Shown here piece by piece: positions 20,032-30,344 of a stretch of 64,000 nucleotides of DNA. The notes beneath the pieces were generated by a model that ran no database searches, was not told the DNA's origin, and was given only the letters and a program-made list of their open reading frames with translations. Position 1 is the first letter of the stretch. Each line of letters begins with the position of its first letter. Source of the DNA: Clostridiales bacterium (GTDB taxonomy: Bacteria > Bacillota > Clostridia > Lachnospirales > CAG-274); contig JAJPZT010000075.1 of NCBI GenBank assembly GCA_021204175.1, positions 35,123 to 99,122 of the forward strand, written 5' to 3'. The translations under genes and the position numbers were made by a program.

Positions 20032-21076
20032 AATTAAAAAAATAACTAAAATGAGCCTGTTTCTTCCTATTTTCAGTATGATTTTGATTATGCTCATAAA
20101 CGTGGTTTATGACATTCACTGCGGAAACGCACCCCTTAACTTCTTTATGATTTCGGTTAAAAACGGGGTTCTCTACGGCAGACTTATCGACGTTTTAAAC
20201 AGAGGCAGCGAGGTCGCTATTTTGGCAGTAGGTATGACCCTTGTTGTTTCGGCTTCTGCCGGAACGGATATTTCCGTAGGCTCGGTTATGAGCCTTGCCG
20301 GCGGTATGTGCTGTATGCTTTTGGCAGGCTACGGAGTTACAAACGTAAACGAATATAATGTACCCTTGCTTGTGGGCATAGGCGCAGGTATTCTCATAGC
20401 TTGTCTCTGCGGTCTTTTCAACGGCTTTTTGGTGGCTTATATGAATATTCAGCCAATGGTCGCCACACTGATTTTGTGGTCGGCGGGAAGAGCAATTGGG
20501 CTTCTTCTCTGCAACAGCAATATTGTTTATGTCAGAGTTGACTCATTTAAGCTTTTGGGTGCTTACGTAGGTATTATTCCCACGCCTATAATTGTGGCGG
20601 CTGTGTGTATAGCCGTAGCGGCGGCGGTGCTTAAGTTTACGTCCTTGGGAATGTATATTCAGAGCGTAGGCATAAACAAAAAGGCTTCACGAATTGCCGG
20701 ACTTAATTCGGCTAAAATTATTCTTATGTGCTATGTAATCTGCGGTCTTTGCGCAGGTATCGCCGGTATTGTGGCAACCTCAAGAATTTACTCCGCAGAC
20801 ACGAACAACATAGGCTTAAATATGGAGCTTGACGCAATTTTGGCGGTTGCCCTGGGCGGAAACAGCTTAGGCGGCGGAAAGTTTAACCTTGCCGGTTCTA
20901 TTATAGGGGCTTACACAATTCAGGCCATAACAACCACCCTCTATGCTTTGGGTGTTTCCTCGGCTCAGGCGCCTGTTTTCAAGGCAATAGTGGTTATTCT
21001 TATAGTAGTTATTCAGTCGGGCCCCGTTAAGGGCTTCTTTAAGAAATATTCGTCTAAAAGGAGGGCTGCGGCATGA
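20024..21076 (+). CDS. sugar ABC transporter permease (YtfT-like)
   Basis: Polytopic membrane protein. Its ATG at 20024 follows a GGAGGTG SD and overlaps the ATPase stop. Confidence 0.85.
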   Translation: MDKIKKITKMSLFLPIFSMILIMLINVVYDIHCGNAPLNFFMISVKNGVLYGRLIDVLNRGSEVAILAVGMTLVVSASAGTDISVGSVMSLAGGMCCMLLAGYGVTNVNEYNVPLLVGIGAGILIACLCGLFNGFLVAYMNIQPMVATLILWSAGRAIGLLLCNSNIVYVRVDSFKLLGAYVGIIPTPIIVAAVCIAVAAAVLKFTSLGMYIQSVGINKKASRIAGLNSAKIILMCYVICGLCAGIAGIVATSRIYSADTNNIGLNMELDAILAVALGGNSLGGGKFNLAGSIIGAYTIQAITTTLYALGVSSAQAPVFKAIVVILIVVIQSGPVKGFFKKYSSKRRAAA

Positions 21077-22092
21077 AAAAAATAAAAATCAACAATAATA
21101 ATGTTTTGCTTTTAATAACCATAGGCTTGTTTGTTGTTATGTATGCAGCCGGCTGTATAGTTTACGGTCACAAGGGCTTTACAAATCTTCAGACATTTCT
21201 TAACATTCTTATAAACAATGCCGGTCTTATTTGTATTACCTGTGGTATGACCTGTGTCATGCTGACAGGGGGCATAGATATTTCCGTAGGCTCTCTTGTA
21301 GCTTTGGACTGTATGATTATGGCAGTAGGCGTTGAAAAATTAGGCATTTCAAGCCCTGTTCTTATGATAGGAATTTTAATTTTCGGGCTTGTTTTCGGGC
21401 TTGTTCAGGGCTTCTGCATAGCATATCTTGAAATTCAGCCCTTTATTGTGACTATGGCAGGTATGTTCTTTGCCAGAGGTATGACTGCCGTTCTTTCAAC
21501 ACAGCAGATAAGCATTGTCAGCGACGCACTGTTTACAAAGCTTGCGGGGCTTAAGGTAAATCTGCCCTTCGGAGCATATGAAAACTCAAAGGGTATTCTT
21601 CAAATTCCTTATGTGAGAATTACGGTAGTTGTGGCTCTTATATGCGTTGCCGTGACATTTTTTATACTCTACGCCACACGTTTCGGCAGAAGTGTTTATG
21701 CAGTGGGCGGAAACCAGCAGTCGGCGGCTCTTATGGGTCTTAACGTAAAGCTTACAAAGCTTAAAACATATGTTCTTGCAAGTCTTTTTACATCAATCGG
21801 AGGAATTTGCTTCTGCCTTAATACTATGAGCGGCACAACCTCTCAGGCGACGGGTATGGAAATGGACGCTATTTCATCGGCGGTTATAGGCGGAACTCTT
21901 CTTACCGGTGGTGTGGGCAACGTTATAGGCTCGTTTTTCGGCGTTCTCATAAACGGAACAATTTCAACCCTTGTTAAGTCAAACGGAAAGCTTATAAGCT
22001 CCTGGTCGAACATCGTTACGGCAATTCTGCTTTGCTTCTTTATTGTTCTTCAGGCTGTTTTTGCAAAGCTTAAGGAAAGAAAAAATAAATAA
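21073..22092 (+). CDS. sugar ABC transporter permease (YjfF-like)
   Basis: Polytopic paralogue of the preceding permease, with an ATGA start/stop overlap. Confidence 0.85.
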   Translation: MKKIKINNNNVLLLITIGLFVVMYAAGCIVYGHKGFTNLQTFLNILINNAGLICITCGMTCVMLTGGIDISVGSLVALDCMIMAVGVEKLGISSPVLMIGILIFGLVFGLVQGFCIAYLEIQPFIVTMAGMFFARGMTAVLSTQQISIVSDALFTKLAGLKVNLPFGAYENSKGILQIPYVRITVVVALICVAVTFFILYATRFGRSVYAVGGNQQSAALMGLNVKLTKLKTYVLASLFTSIGGICFCLNTMSGTTSQATGMEMDAISSAVIGGTLLTGGVGNVIGSFFGVLINGTISTLVKSNGKLISSWSNIVTAILLCFFIVLQAVFAKLKERKNK

Positions 22093-22119
22093 CATACATA
22101 GATTACATATAAGGAAGGA

Positions 22120-23619
22120 GTGAGTTTTTTGGCTTTTAAATTTTGGTTTTGTGTAGGTTCACAGGATTTATACGGAGAGGAATGTTTAAAGAAGGTCGCA
22201 GACCATTCAAGAATTATGGTGAACGAGCTTAACGAAAGCGGCGTTCTGCCTTATGAGCTTGTTTTAAAGCCTACTCTTATTACAAACGAGGTTATAAGAA
22301 AGACCTTTGATGAAGCAAGCACAGACCCGGAGTGCATGGGGGTTATCTGCTGGATGCATACATTTTCACCGGCAAAAAGCTGGATTTTGGGCTTAAAAGA
22401 GCTTTCAAAACCTCTTTTGCATCTTCATACACAATTTAATGAAGAAATCCCTTATGACACAATAGATATGGACTTTATGAACGAAAACCAGTCTGCCCAC
22501 GGCGACAGAGAGTTCGGGCATATTGTGACAAGAATGGGCATTGAAAGAAAGGTCATAATGGGTCACTATAAAGACCCGGAGGTTCAAAAACGCATTGCGG
22601 ACTGGATGGTTACCGCAGTGGGTATAGGCTCTTCAAGCCACGTCCGCATAGTCAGAATTGCGGACAATATGAGAAACGTGGCTGTTACCGAGGGAGACAA
22701 GGTTGAGGCTCAGATTAAATTCGGCTGGGAGATTGACGCTTACCCTGTGAATGAAGCCGTTGACTATGTAAACTCTGTTTCCGACAGTGACGTAAAAGAC
22801 CTGACAGCCTTATATTTTGACCTTTACAAGCCTCTTTATGAGGGCAGAGACAAGGACGAATTTTATCGCCATACGGCGGTTCAGGCAAAAATCGAGTTGG
22901 GTCTTGAAAAATTTTTAGTTGACAACAAATACGACGGAATTGTTACCCACTTCGGCGACTTAGGCGGCTTTAAGCAGCTGCCGGGGCTTGCAATTCAGAG
23001 ACTTATGGAAAAGGGTTACGGCTTCGGGGCTGAAGGCGACTGGAAAACAGCCGCTTTGGTAAGGCTCTTTAAGCTTATGACTAAGGATATTAAAGGAGCA
23101 AAGGGTACTTCATTTATGGAGGACTACACCTATAACCTTGTTAAGGGAAAAGAGGGCATTTTACAAGCCCATATGCTTGAGGTCTGCCCTACAATTGCTG
23201 ACGGCGACATTAATATTAAGGTTTGCCCCTTAAGTATGGGAAACAGAGAAGACCCGGCAAGGCTTGTTTTCACGGCCAAAGAGGGAAAGGGCGTTGCCGC
23301 TTCTCTTATAGATTTGGGTACGAGATTTAGGCTTATAATAAATGAGGTTGAATGCAAAAAGACCGAGAAGCCTATGCCTAAGCTGCCTGTTGCCACTGCC
23401 TTTTGGACACCTAAGCCAAATTTGAGAGTAGGGGCTGAGGGCTGGATAATCTGCGGCGGCGCTCATCACACTGCTTTCAGCTATGACTTAACAAGCGAAC
23501 AGCTTTGCGACTGGGCTGAGGCTATGGGCATAGAAGCGGTTGTTATAGGCGAAGGAACTACAATCGGCGGACTTAAAAGCGAGCTTAGGTGGAACAGCGC
23601 ATATTATGAAAGAAGATAA
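22120..23619 (+). CDS. araA: L-arabinose isomerase
   Basis: 499 aa with FWFCVGSQDLYGEE at the N-terminus plus HTFSPAK and FGAEGDWKTA blocks. The start is GTG 22120 or TTG 22129, after AAGGAAGGAG. Confidence 0.9.
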   Translation: MSFLAFKFWFCVGSQDLYGEECLKKVADHSRIMVNELNESGVLPYELVLKPTLITNEVIRKTFDEASTDPECMGVICWMHTFSPAKSWILGLKELSKPLLHLHTQFNEEIPYDTIDMDFMNENQSAHGDREFGHIVTRMGIERKVIMGHYKDPEVQKRIADWMVTAVGIGSSSHVRIVRIADNMRNVAVTEGDKVEAQIKFGWEIDAYPVNEAVDYVNSVSDSDVKDLTALYFDLYKPLYEGRDKDEFYRHTAVQAKIELGLEKFLVDNKYDGIVTHFGDLGGFKQLPGLAIQRLMEKGYGFGAEGDWKTAALVRLFKLMTKDIKGAKGTSFMEDYTYNLVKGKEGILQAHMLEVCPTIADGDINIKVCPLSMGNREDPARLVFTAKEGKGVAASLIDLGTRFRLIINEVECKKTEKPMPKLPVATAFWTPKPNLRVGAEGWIICGGAHHTAFSYDLTSEQLCDWAEAMGIEAVVIGEGTTIGGLKSELRWNSAYYERR

Positions 23620-23634
23620 GGAGGAAGAAGGGCT

Positions 23635-24324
23635 ATGCTTGAAAAGCTGAAAGAAAAGGTTTATGAGGCAAATATGCTTTTGCCTAAATTCGGGCTTGTA
23701 ACCTTTACATGGGGAAACGTAAGCGAAATCGACAGAGAATCGGGGCTTTTTGTTATAAAGCCCAGCGGTGTCGACTATGATAAAATGAAGCCCTCGGATA
23801 TGGTGGTTATGGATTTGGAGGGAAACAAGGTAGAAGGGGACTTAAACCCATCCTCCGATACTCCTACACATTTGGAGCTTTACAGGGCTTTTAAGGACAT
23901 AGGCGGAATTGTTCACACCCATTCGGTTATGGCGACTGCATGGGCTCAGGCTGGCAGAGCCCTGCCCTGTTACGGAACTACCCACGCAGACTATTTTTAC
24001 GGCGAGATACCCTGTGCGAGAAATCTCACAAAGGAAGAAACGGAAGAAGCCTATGAGAAGAATACGGGAAAGGTTATAATAGAAACCTTTAAGGATATTA
24101 ACCCTGTCTATGTTCCGGGAGTACTTTGCAAGAACCACGGCCCTTTTACATGGGGTAAGGACGCAGCGGAAGCGGTTCACAACGCCGTAGTTTTGGAAAA
24201 GGTAGCTGAAATGAACGCATGGACCGAAAGGATTAACCCCAATGCGGAAACAACACCCTCATATATGCAGGACAAGCACTTTTTGAGAAAACACGGGGCA
24301 AATGCTTATTACGGTCAGAAATAA
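23635..24324 (+). CDS. araD: L-ribulose-5-phosphate 4-epimerase
   Basis: 229 aa in the class II aldolase/adducin family, with blocks GNVS, KPSGV and HTHS. Confidence 0.9.
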   Translation: MLEKLKEKVYEANMLLPKFGLVTFTWGNVSEIDRESGLFVIKPSGVDYDKMKPSDMVVMDLEGNKVEGDLNPSSDTPTHLELYRAFKDIGGIVHTHSVMATAWAQAGRALPCYGTTHADYFYGEIPCARNLTKEETEEAYEKNTGKVIIETFKDINPVYVPGVLCKNHGPFTWGKDAAEAVHNAVVLEKVAEMNAWTERINPNAETTPSYMQDKHFLRKHGANAYYGQK

Positions 24325-24338
24325 GGAGGGCGGTTTTT

Positions 24339-25928
24339 ATGGACTTTAAAAATTTAATTGAAAGCGGAAAAACCGCTTTGGGTATTGAACTTGGCTCAAC
24401 AAGAATAAAGGCTCAGCTTACGGCGTATGACGGAACGCCTATAGCAAGCGGTGACTATGAGTGGGAAAACGAGCTTGTAGGCGGAATTTGGACATACAGC
24501 TTAAACGACATTCACAAGGGGGTTAAGGGCTGTTATTCGGCTCTTAAAGCCGACGTTTCGGAGAAATTCGGCATAAACCTTAAAAAAATAGGTGCAATCG
24601 GCGTCAGCGCAATGATGCACGGCTATATGGCTTTTGACAGTGACGACAGGCTTTTTGTGCCTTTCAGAACATGGCGAAATTCCATAACGGGAAAGGCGGC
24701 TGACGCCTTGACCGAAGCTTTCGGCTTTAACATTCCCCAAAGGTGGAGCATTGCACACCTTTATCAGGCAATTTTAGACAATGAAGCCCATGTCGGCGAC
24801 ATAAGCTTTATAACAACCCTTGCAGGCTATATTCATTTCAGGCTCTGCGGCAAAAAGGTTTTGGGCATAGGCGATGCATCGGGAATGTTCCCAATAAATT
24901 CAGATACAAATTATTATGATGAAGCAATGCTTGACAAGTTCGACATTCTTGTTGAGGATAAGGGCTATAAGTGGAAGATAAGAGAAATTCTGCCGGAAGT
25001 ACTCGTTGTCGGAGAGGACGCCGGAAAACTGACCTCCGAGGGCGCTGCCTTTTTAGACGAAAGCGGAGACCTTGAGCCGGGAATACCCCTTTGCCCTCCC
25101 GAAGGAGACGCCGGAACGGGAATGGCAGCCACAAACAGCGTTTTGGTCAGAACCGGAAATGTTTCCGCCGGAACAAGTGTTTTCGCTATGGTTGTGCTTG
25201 AAAAGCCACTTTCTAAGCTTCACAGAGAAATAGATATGGTAACAACCCCTACGGGTAAGCCTGTTGCAATGGTTCACGTAAACAACTGCACCTCGGATAT
25301 AAACGCATGGGCAGGGCTTTTCGGCGAGTTTGCGGAGCTTTTCGGGTTTAAGCTTAAAAAGGGTGACCTCTACGAGGGTCTGTTTAAGGCTGCCCTTAAG
25401 GGCAAAAAGGACTGCGGAGGGCTTCTTTCCTACGGGTATCTTTCAGGAGAAAATATTACAGGCTGCGACGAGGGCAGACCTTTGTTTTTGAGAAAGCCCG
25501 ACGCTGAGTTTACTCTGGGAGACTTTATGAGAACCCACTTATATTCGGCAGTTGCCGCACTTAAAATAGGTATGGACATTCTGACGAAGGAAGAAGGGGT
25601 TAAGGTAGACAGGCTTTTGGGTCACGGCGGATTTTTTAAGACCGAGAAGGTGGGGCAGAGTATTATGGCTGCTGCTATGGAAACTCCCGTTGCCGTAATG
25701 GAAACAGCCGGAGAGGGCGGCCCCTGGGGAATGGCTCTTTTGGCAGCCTATGCGGTAAACAAAAAAGATGGTCAAAGCCTTGAGGATTATCTCGAAAACG
25801 AGGTTTTCTCAAACGCCGCAACAATTGTTTTAGAACCGGACGAGGAAGATGTTAAAGGCTTTGAAAAATATATGGAGGTCTATAAAAAGGCTCTGACCGC
25901 TGAAAAAGCCGCTGTTTCGGATTTTTAG
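24339..25928 (+). CDS. FGGY-family carbohydrate kinase, probable L-ribulokinase by context
   Basis: 529 aa with an N-terminal sugar-kinase motif, [11 protein letters not shown]. It is the last gene of the ara cluster. Confidence 0.75.
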   Translation: MDFKNLIESGKTALGIELGSTRIKAQLTAYDGTPIASGDYEWENELVGGIWTYSLNDIHKGVKGCYSALKADVSEKFGINLKKIGAIGVSAMMHGYMAFDSDDRLFVPFRTWRNSITGKAADALTEAFGFNIPQRWSIAHLYQAILDNEAHVGDISFITTLAGYIHFRLCGKKVLGIGDASGMFPINSDTNYYDEAMLDKFDILVEDKGYKWKIREILPEVLVVGEDAGKLTSEGAAFLDESGDLEPGIPLCPPEGDAGTGMAATNSVLVRTGNVSAGTSVFAMVVLEKPLSKLHREIDMVTTPTGKPVAMVHVNNCTSDINAWAGLFGEFAELFGFKLKKGDLYEGLFKAALKGKKDCGGLLSYGYLSGENITGCDEGRPLFLRKPDAEFTLGDFMRTHLYSAVAALKIGMDILTKEEGVKVDRLLGHGGFFKTEKVGQSIMAAAMETPVAVMETAGEGGPWGMALLAAYAVNKKDGQSLEDYLENEVFSNAATIVLEPDEEDVKGFEKYMEVYKKALTAEKAAVSDF

Positions 25929-25943
25929 ATGAGGAGGTCGATT

Positions 25944-26969
25944 ATGGATATAAAAGGCTTGAAAAAAATCATAACGGCGGCGCTTACAGGAGCAATAATA
26001 TTCTCTCAAGCTTTGCCTGCGGCAGCTTATGAAAATCTGTATAACACTGAGCCGGCGGGAATAAGCGCAGACTCTTATTATGAGGGATATTCAAAAATAA
26101 TAGATGAATATAAGGGCGCCTATGAGGAAGTTTTAAAGGGAAACAAGAATATATACGGTCAGTATCCCCAAGTAAACTATATGTTCATAATGTATAATAA
26201 CGGAAAAGCCCTGTATGCCCTTAAGGATTTAGACAGCGACGGAACTCCGGAGCTTTTCATAGGCGAAAAAACGGAGGGAAGCCGCAGCTATACATTATTC
26301 GGAATGTTTGCCTTTAAAAACGGCAGTGTAATAAATATGCATACGGACATAGGAGAAAGAAACAGGCTTTTTGTTTTGGACACAAATGAATTATATATGT
26401 CCGGAAGCAGCGGAGCCGCATACAGTTCCTTTGAAATTTGCTCCTATAACAACGGTGAATTTACCGTAAAGGATTATTATGACTGGGCAGACGATGTGAC
26501 GACCTATAACGGCAGCAGTATAACAAAAGAGGAGTGGCAGACTGCCCGTGAAAATACGGAGAGCCGCATTGCGGATTTAGACTGGAAAAGCGCTGACAGC
26601 TTTGCAGATGAAAAACCGTCGGAGCATATAACAGTTCTTTTTAACGGAACAGAGCTTTCCTTCGGTGTTGAGCCGTATATTGAAAACGGCGTTACAATGG
26701 TGCCTATGAGAGCAATTTTTGAGGCTTTGGGGGCGGAGGTTAGCTATGATTTTGAAACAAAGACTATAACTGCGGTTAAGGGAGAAAGAAATGTAGTCTT
26801 GACAGCAGGCAGCTTAACAGCCTATATTAACGGCGAAAGCACAGCTCTTCAATGTGCGCCTGTTATTATAAGCGGCTCTGCTATGGTTCCTCTCAGGTTT
26901 GTTTCGGAAAGCTTAGACGCTTCTGTGGAGTGGAACGGCAGCACAAGGACTGTTTACATAACATCGTAA
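25944..26969 (+). CDS. secreted protein with a C-terminal copper-amine-oxidase-N-terminal-like (stalk) domain
   Basis: Has a signal peptide. The C-terminal roughly 95 aa (GVTMVPMRAIFEALGAEV...VEWNGSTRTVYI) is paralogous to the C-terminus of the protein at 58716..60065. Start is ATG 25944, after GAGGAGG. Confidence 0.6.
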   Translation: MDIKGLKKIITAALTGAIIFSQALPAAAYENLYNTEPAGISADSYYEGYSKIIDEYKGAYEEVLKGNKNIYGQYPQVNYMFIMYNNGKALYALKDLDSDGTPELFIGEKTEGSRSYTLFGMFAFKNGSVINMHTDIGERNRLFVLDTNELYMSGSSGAAYSSFEICSYNNGEFTVKDYYDWADDVTTYNGSSITKEEWQTARENTESRIADLDWKSADSFADEKPSEHITVLFNGTELSFGVEPYIENGVTMVPMRAIFEALGAEVSYDFETKTITAVKGERNVVLTAGSLTAYINGESTALQCAPVIISGSAMVPLRFVSESLDASVEWNGSTRTVYITS

Positions 26970-27043
26970 AAAGATAAAAAATGAGGACAGAAACGGATAG
27001 TATGATCTGTGTTCTGTCCTCTGTTTGTTTTGATTTATTTTTT

Positions 27044-27700
27044 TCAGCTTACACACAGCAGCCTGTCTCTTTGACTGCCGAATTTTTTATTGATTATTCC
27101 CAAATTAAAGCCTACCAAAAATGCGGCGACCACAGTGCCTATGCCCACACTGCCGGGACTGTGAATGGCAATGAGACAGACTATAAGAGAGGTCAAAACC
27201 ATAGTTGCGTCAAAGCAAATTTTTATTTTGGAAAACTCTGTTTTTGTTATTTTCGAAACCGCCTGTGTGGCTCCCTCGCCAGCAAGGGGCATAATATTTG
27301 CCGGAAGATAAAAGAAAATGCCTACGGCTATCAAAACAGTGCTTATAAGCACGAAAACTATTCGAATTGCCATATTGTCTACGGGAGGCAGAAAGCTAAC
27401 GAGAAAATTACACATTGTGGTAAATTTTCCGAAAAGAATACCAACAATGATTTGCAGGAGATTTACGGGCTTAAAGTCCTTTCTCAAAAGAATTATTTGA
27501 AGCAGAACCAAAAAGGCGTGAAATAAAATTGTGGCGTTTCCCATTTCCATTCCGAAAACACAGGTTATAGTGTAGGGAATTGAACTGACCGGCGATACCC
27601 CTAAATTCGACTTAACCGACAGGGCTATTCCCAAAGTCATTATAAACAGCCCGAAAATGTAAAATATAAATCTTCTTACAATCGCATTGTGCTTTGTCAT
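27044..27700 (-). CDS. YczE/YitT-like polytopic membrane protein
   Basis: About 218 aa with the SNLGVSPVSSIPY motif. Start is ATG 27700, with a GGAGG upstream. Confidence 0.55.
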   Translation of the reverse strand: MTKHNAIVRRFIFYIFGLFIMTLGIALSVKSNLGVSPVSSIPYTITCVFGMEMGNATILFHAFLVLLQIILLRKDFKPVNLLQIIVGILFGKFTTMCNFLVSFLPPVDNMAIRIVFVLISTVLIAVGIFFYLPANIMPLAGEGATQAVSKITKTEFSKIKICFDATMVLTSLIVCLIAIHSPGSVGIGTVVAAFLVGFNLGIINKKFGSQRDRLLCVS

Positions 27701-27898
27701 TGTGTTCGTTCCTCCGATTAATATTAAATATTTCATAAGCCTTCGGCGATTGATATTATAATATTAAAAATCGTGAATGTCAACTCTTTACGAATAATTA
27801 TGGGGATAAGTGCAGATTTTTATGTTTTCAGTGCATTTTTTCGGAATTGATTGCTTTTAAGAATATAAATTGATATAATTAATAAATGATTTTCGGTA

Positions 27899-27929
27899 TT
27901 GACAAGGGGGGGGTCAGAAAGCTTATAAT
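27899..27929 (+). promoter_or_regulatory. consensus -35/-10 promoter with a G8 tract in a 19-nt spacer
   Basis: TTGACA (27899-27904), then A plus G8 (27906-27913) plus TCAGAAAGCT, then TATAAT (27924-27929). Confidence 0.5.
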
Positions 27930-27961
27930 TGTTTCAATAACTGAAGAAAAGGAGGATCAAT

Positions 27962-28450
27962 ATGAAGAAAATAAGCAGAAGGATTTTCATTGCTTTGCTT
28001 ATTGTTTTGGGGGCTTTGTTTTTGGGAAAATGGGCTTTAATCAAGAGTGGTGTTTTGCTTGATTTTGATTATGCGGGGAAATATTCTTATGAAGCACAGG
28101 AGTATTTGTCGGCTTTAGATGACAGTGATTACGGCTTATATTATCCCACGTGGCTGTTGATTACCTGTGAAGAGGACTTAAAGGAAAATGAATTAGGTAT
28201 AGACCTGTCGGAAATTGATTTATCCCAAATTGATTTTGACAAGAATTATGCTGTTCTGACGCTTGGGTCAAAGCTGAGAGCCCTGCACCCCTGTAACAGA
28301 AAAAACGTTAATCTCGAAAACGAAAGCTTTTGGGCTGATGTGTATGTAAAGAAAACAGATGACAATGACACTTATATTTATAAAATCAATAAATATAATT
28401 TGGCTAAAAACCTGTTGTTTGCTCCTTCCGGAGTGTTTTGTGTGTTATAA
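27962..28450 (+). CDS. hypothetical membrane-anchored protein
   Basis: 162 aa with an N-terminal TM/signal anchor and an AAAGGAGG SD. No motif recognised. Confidence 0.5.
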   Translation: MKKISRRIFIALLIVLGALFLGKWALIKSGVLLDFDYAGKYSYEAQEYLSALDDSDYGLYYPTWLLITCEEDLKENELGIDLSEIDLSQIDFDKNYAVLTLGSKLRALHPCNRKNVNLENESFWADVYVKKTDDNDTYIYKINKYNLAKNLLFAPSGVFCVL

Positions 28451-28500
28451 TCTGAAAATTTTTTTAGAAAGAGTGAAAATTGAAAGGGGAGTTAAATAAT

Positions 28501-29898
28501 ATGAAAAAAATATTTGTGGCGGTTTTAATTATTGTGTTGGGCTTGAATTTTATTTCGGTGTATGCTGATGACGGCGAAAGCAGTGCCGACAGCGGCGTCA
28601 ATGCGGAAGCTGCCGGCGAGACAGAGGAAACAAGCCGGGAAGAACAGGGGGAGATTATAAACTATGTTACACGCCTTGACTGTGTTTCGGAAATAATGAA
28701 AGCGGCAGGGCTTCAGGCGGACGGATATTTTTCAAGCGAATATATTACTATGGAAAAAATGTTTGAAGATGATCCCTTTTATGACAGGGAATATGCTTAT
28801 TTTGCCAAACGTACAGGTGTTCTCATAGGCGAGGAAAATGAAGCTTCGCCCACTTGGGTTAACTGCCGTCCCAACGAAACAGTGACAATAAAGGAATGTA
28901 CGGGGTTTATTATGAGAACCATTGACCCCGAAGCACAGGGAAAAACAGACGATGAGCTTTTTGAAAGCGCTAAGCTTCGAGGGCTTGTTAAGGTTGATGA
29001 CAGCTTTTATTCCGATCCCGATAAAGCTTTAAGCTATAACGATTATTATACACTGATTTGCAGAATGTTAAAAGAAAAACGTTATTTGTATTTTATATTT
29101 AACGATAATCTGGAGCCTTTTGACTGGCGCAGAGATTTTCTATGGAATAAGGCGGAGCAGTATGATGAATTGGGCGAAATGACATATTTTGAATATTTAA
29201 AGTCCTGCTGCGGAATTGACGAAAACACCCCCGAAACTGCGGCTGTAAATCAAATTATTAAAAAGCTGAACATTACAAGAATTTCACAGCTGAATTGCCT
29301 TATGGCTGTTACAAAAATCGGCGGAATGAGAGTTGAAGGGCTTTTTGAAGGCGACGACGTATTTCTTTCCGTTATGGAAGCTGCGGGTTTAAACAAGAAG
29401 GGTATGGAGCTGGCAAAAACCTTTGGCTACAGAGTTTGGAATATGCCCGACTACAGTGCTGAAACATCTGTGTTTTCTGTTGTCTACGGCATACTGCCCG
29501 ACGATGAGCCTGAAGACGAAAAAAGCTATTTCGACTATAACAAGAAGGTTAATCTGTTTTGCACAAAGGCTTCCGTTAAGGACTGCGTCTCTTATATTAT
29601 GTGGTTTCTTACGGATATGCCGCAGGATATAACTTCTGAAGAAATTTATAACCTTGCCTTACAGGTCGGGCTTGTTCAGGTGGGAGACAGCATATATGAG
29701 GATTGGGAAGAGCCCATTGACTATGTCACCTTCAAAACCCTGCTTAACAGAATGCTCAGTATGAAGAGATATAACTATTTTGAAGAGGAGAACAGCGAAA
29801 GCCTGTTTGAAGCTGAAAGATGCGACAAAAAGGGAGAGGTTACATATCTTGACTTTTTCAAAGAGATTTGCGGCTTAGAGGAAGCTCCCGAATTATAA
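28501..29898 (+). CDS. hypothetical secreted protein with an internal two-fold module duplication
   Basis: Has a signal peptide, MKKIFVAVLIIVLGLNFISVYA. Two roughly 200-aa modules each end in M(L/LS)(K/M)(E)KRY(L/N)YF...GE(M/V)TY(F/L)(E/D)(Y/F)(L/F)K..CG(I/L).E..PE. Confidence 0.55.
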   Translation: MKKIFVAVLIIVLGLNFISVYADDGESSADSGVNAEAAGETEETSREEQGEIINYVTRLDCVSEIMKAAGLQADGYFSSEYITMEKMFEDDPFYDREYAYFAKRTGVLIGEENEASPTWVNCRPNETVTIKECTGFIMRTIDPEAQGKTDDELFESAKLRGLVKVDDSFYSDPDKALSYNDYYTLICRMLKEKRYLYFIFNDNLEPFDWRRDFLWNKAEQYDELGEMTYFEYLKSCCGIDENTPETAAVNQIIKKLNITRISQLNCLMAVTKIGGMRVEGLFEGDDVFLSVMEAAGLNKKGMELAKTFGYRVWNMPDYSAETSVFSVVYGILPDDEPEDEKSYFDYNKKVNLFCTKASVKDCVSYIMWFLTDMPQDITSEEIYNLALQVGLVQVGDSIYEDWEEPIDYVTFKTLLNRMLSMKRYNYFEEENSESLFEAERCDKKGEVTYLDFFKEICGLEEAPEL

Positions 29899-29912
29899 TA
29901 ATATTTAAAGAA

Positions 29913-29945
29913 AGAGAGAGGCGGCTGAACCTCTCTCTTTTTTTG
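29913..29945 (+). terminator. rho-independent terminator
   Basis: AGAGAGAGG-CGGCTGAA-CCTCTCTCT followed by T7. Confidence 0.8.
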
Positions 29946-30210
29946 TTGAAATCAATTATATGTTTTGCAAAACCTCAAAAACGGGGTCTGTTCGGCACTG
30001 GGCGGCACCTATAACAATTCCGAATAAAAGAATTGTTTGACATTCGTAAATGTTCGGATTGTGAGAAAATACGGGCTGATTTCACTGAAATTCTTTCGGT
30101 TTTTCACAATGGAAATCGGCGAGCTTTATCGAAAACTGTATTATGTGTCAAAATTGATTGATATTTTTATCTGTTTGTTGAAAAAAAACTGAAAAAATTA
30201 AATTTGCCTA

Positions 30211-30239
30211 TTGAAAAAGTTCTTGAAGTGGTATATAAT
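30211..30239 (+). promoter_or_regulatory. sigma-A-type promoter upstream of the giant adhesin gene
   Basis: TTGAAA (30211-30216), a 17-nt spacer, then TATAAT (30234-30239). Confidence 0.5.
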
Positions 30240-30330
30240 AATTAAAAAGAACTTAAGGTTTGTGTAAAACTTTTTTAATGAAATATTAATAAATTGTTAA
30301 ATATGATCTCTTTCATAAAATAAAAATGAA

Positions 30331-30339
30331 GGGGGGGGG
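30331..30339 (+). repeat. G9 homopolymer 5 nt upstream of the adhesin TTG start
   Basis: Counted directly from the sequence: ATGAA-GGGGGGGGG-CTCGG-TTG. Confidence 0.8.
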
Positions 30340-30344
30340 CTCGG

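Noticed and set aside
26981-27526. A 181-aa plus-strand ORF.
   Set aside because: It is antisense to the well-supported YczE-like membrane protein gene (27044..27700). It has odd composition, no SD and no recognisable motif.
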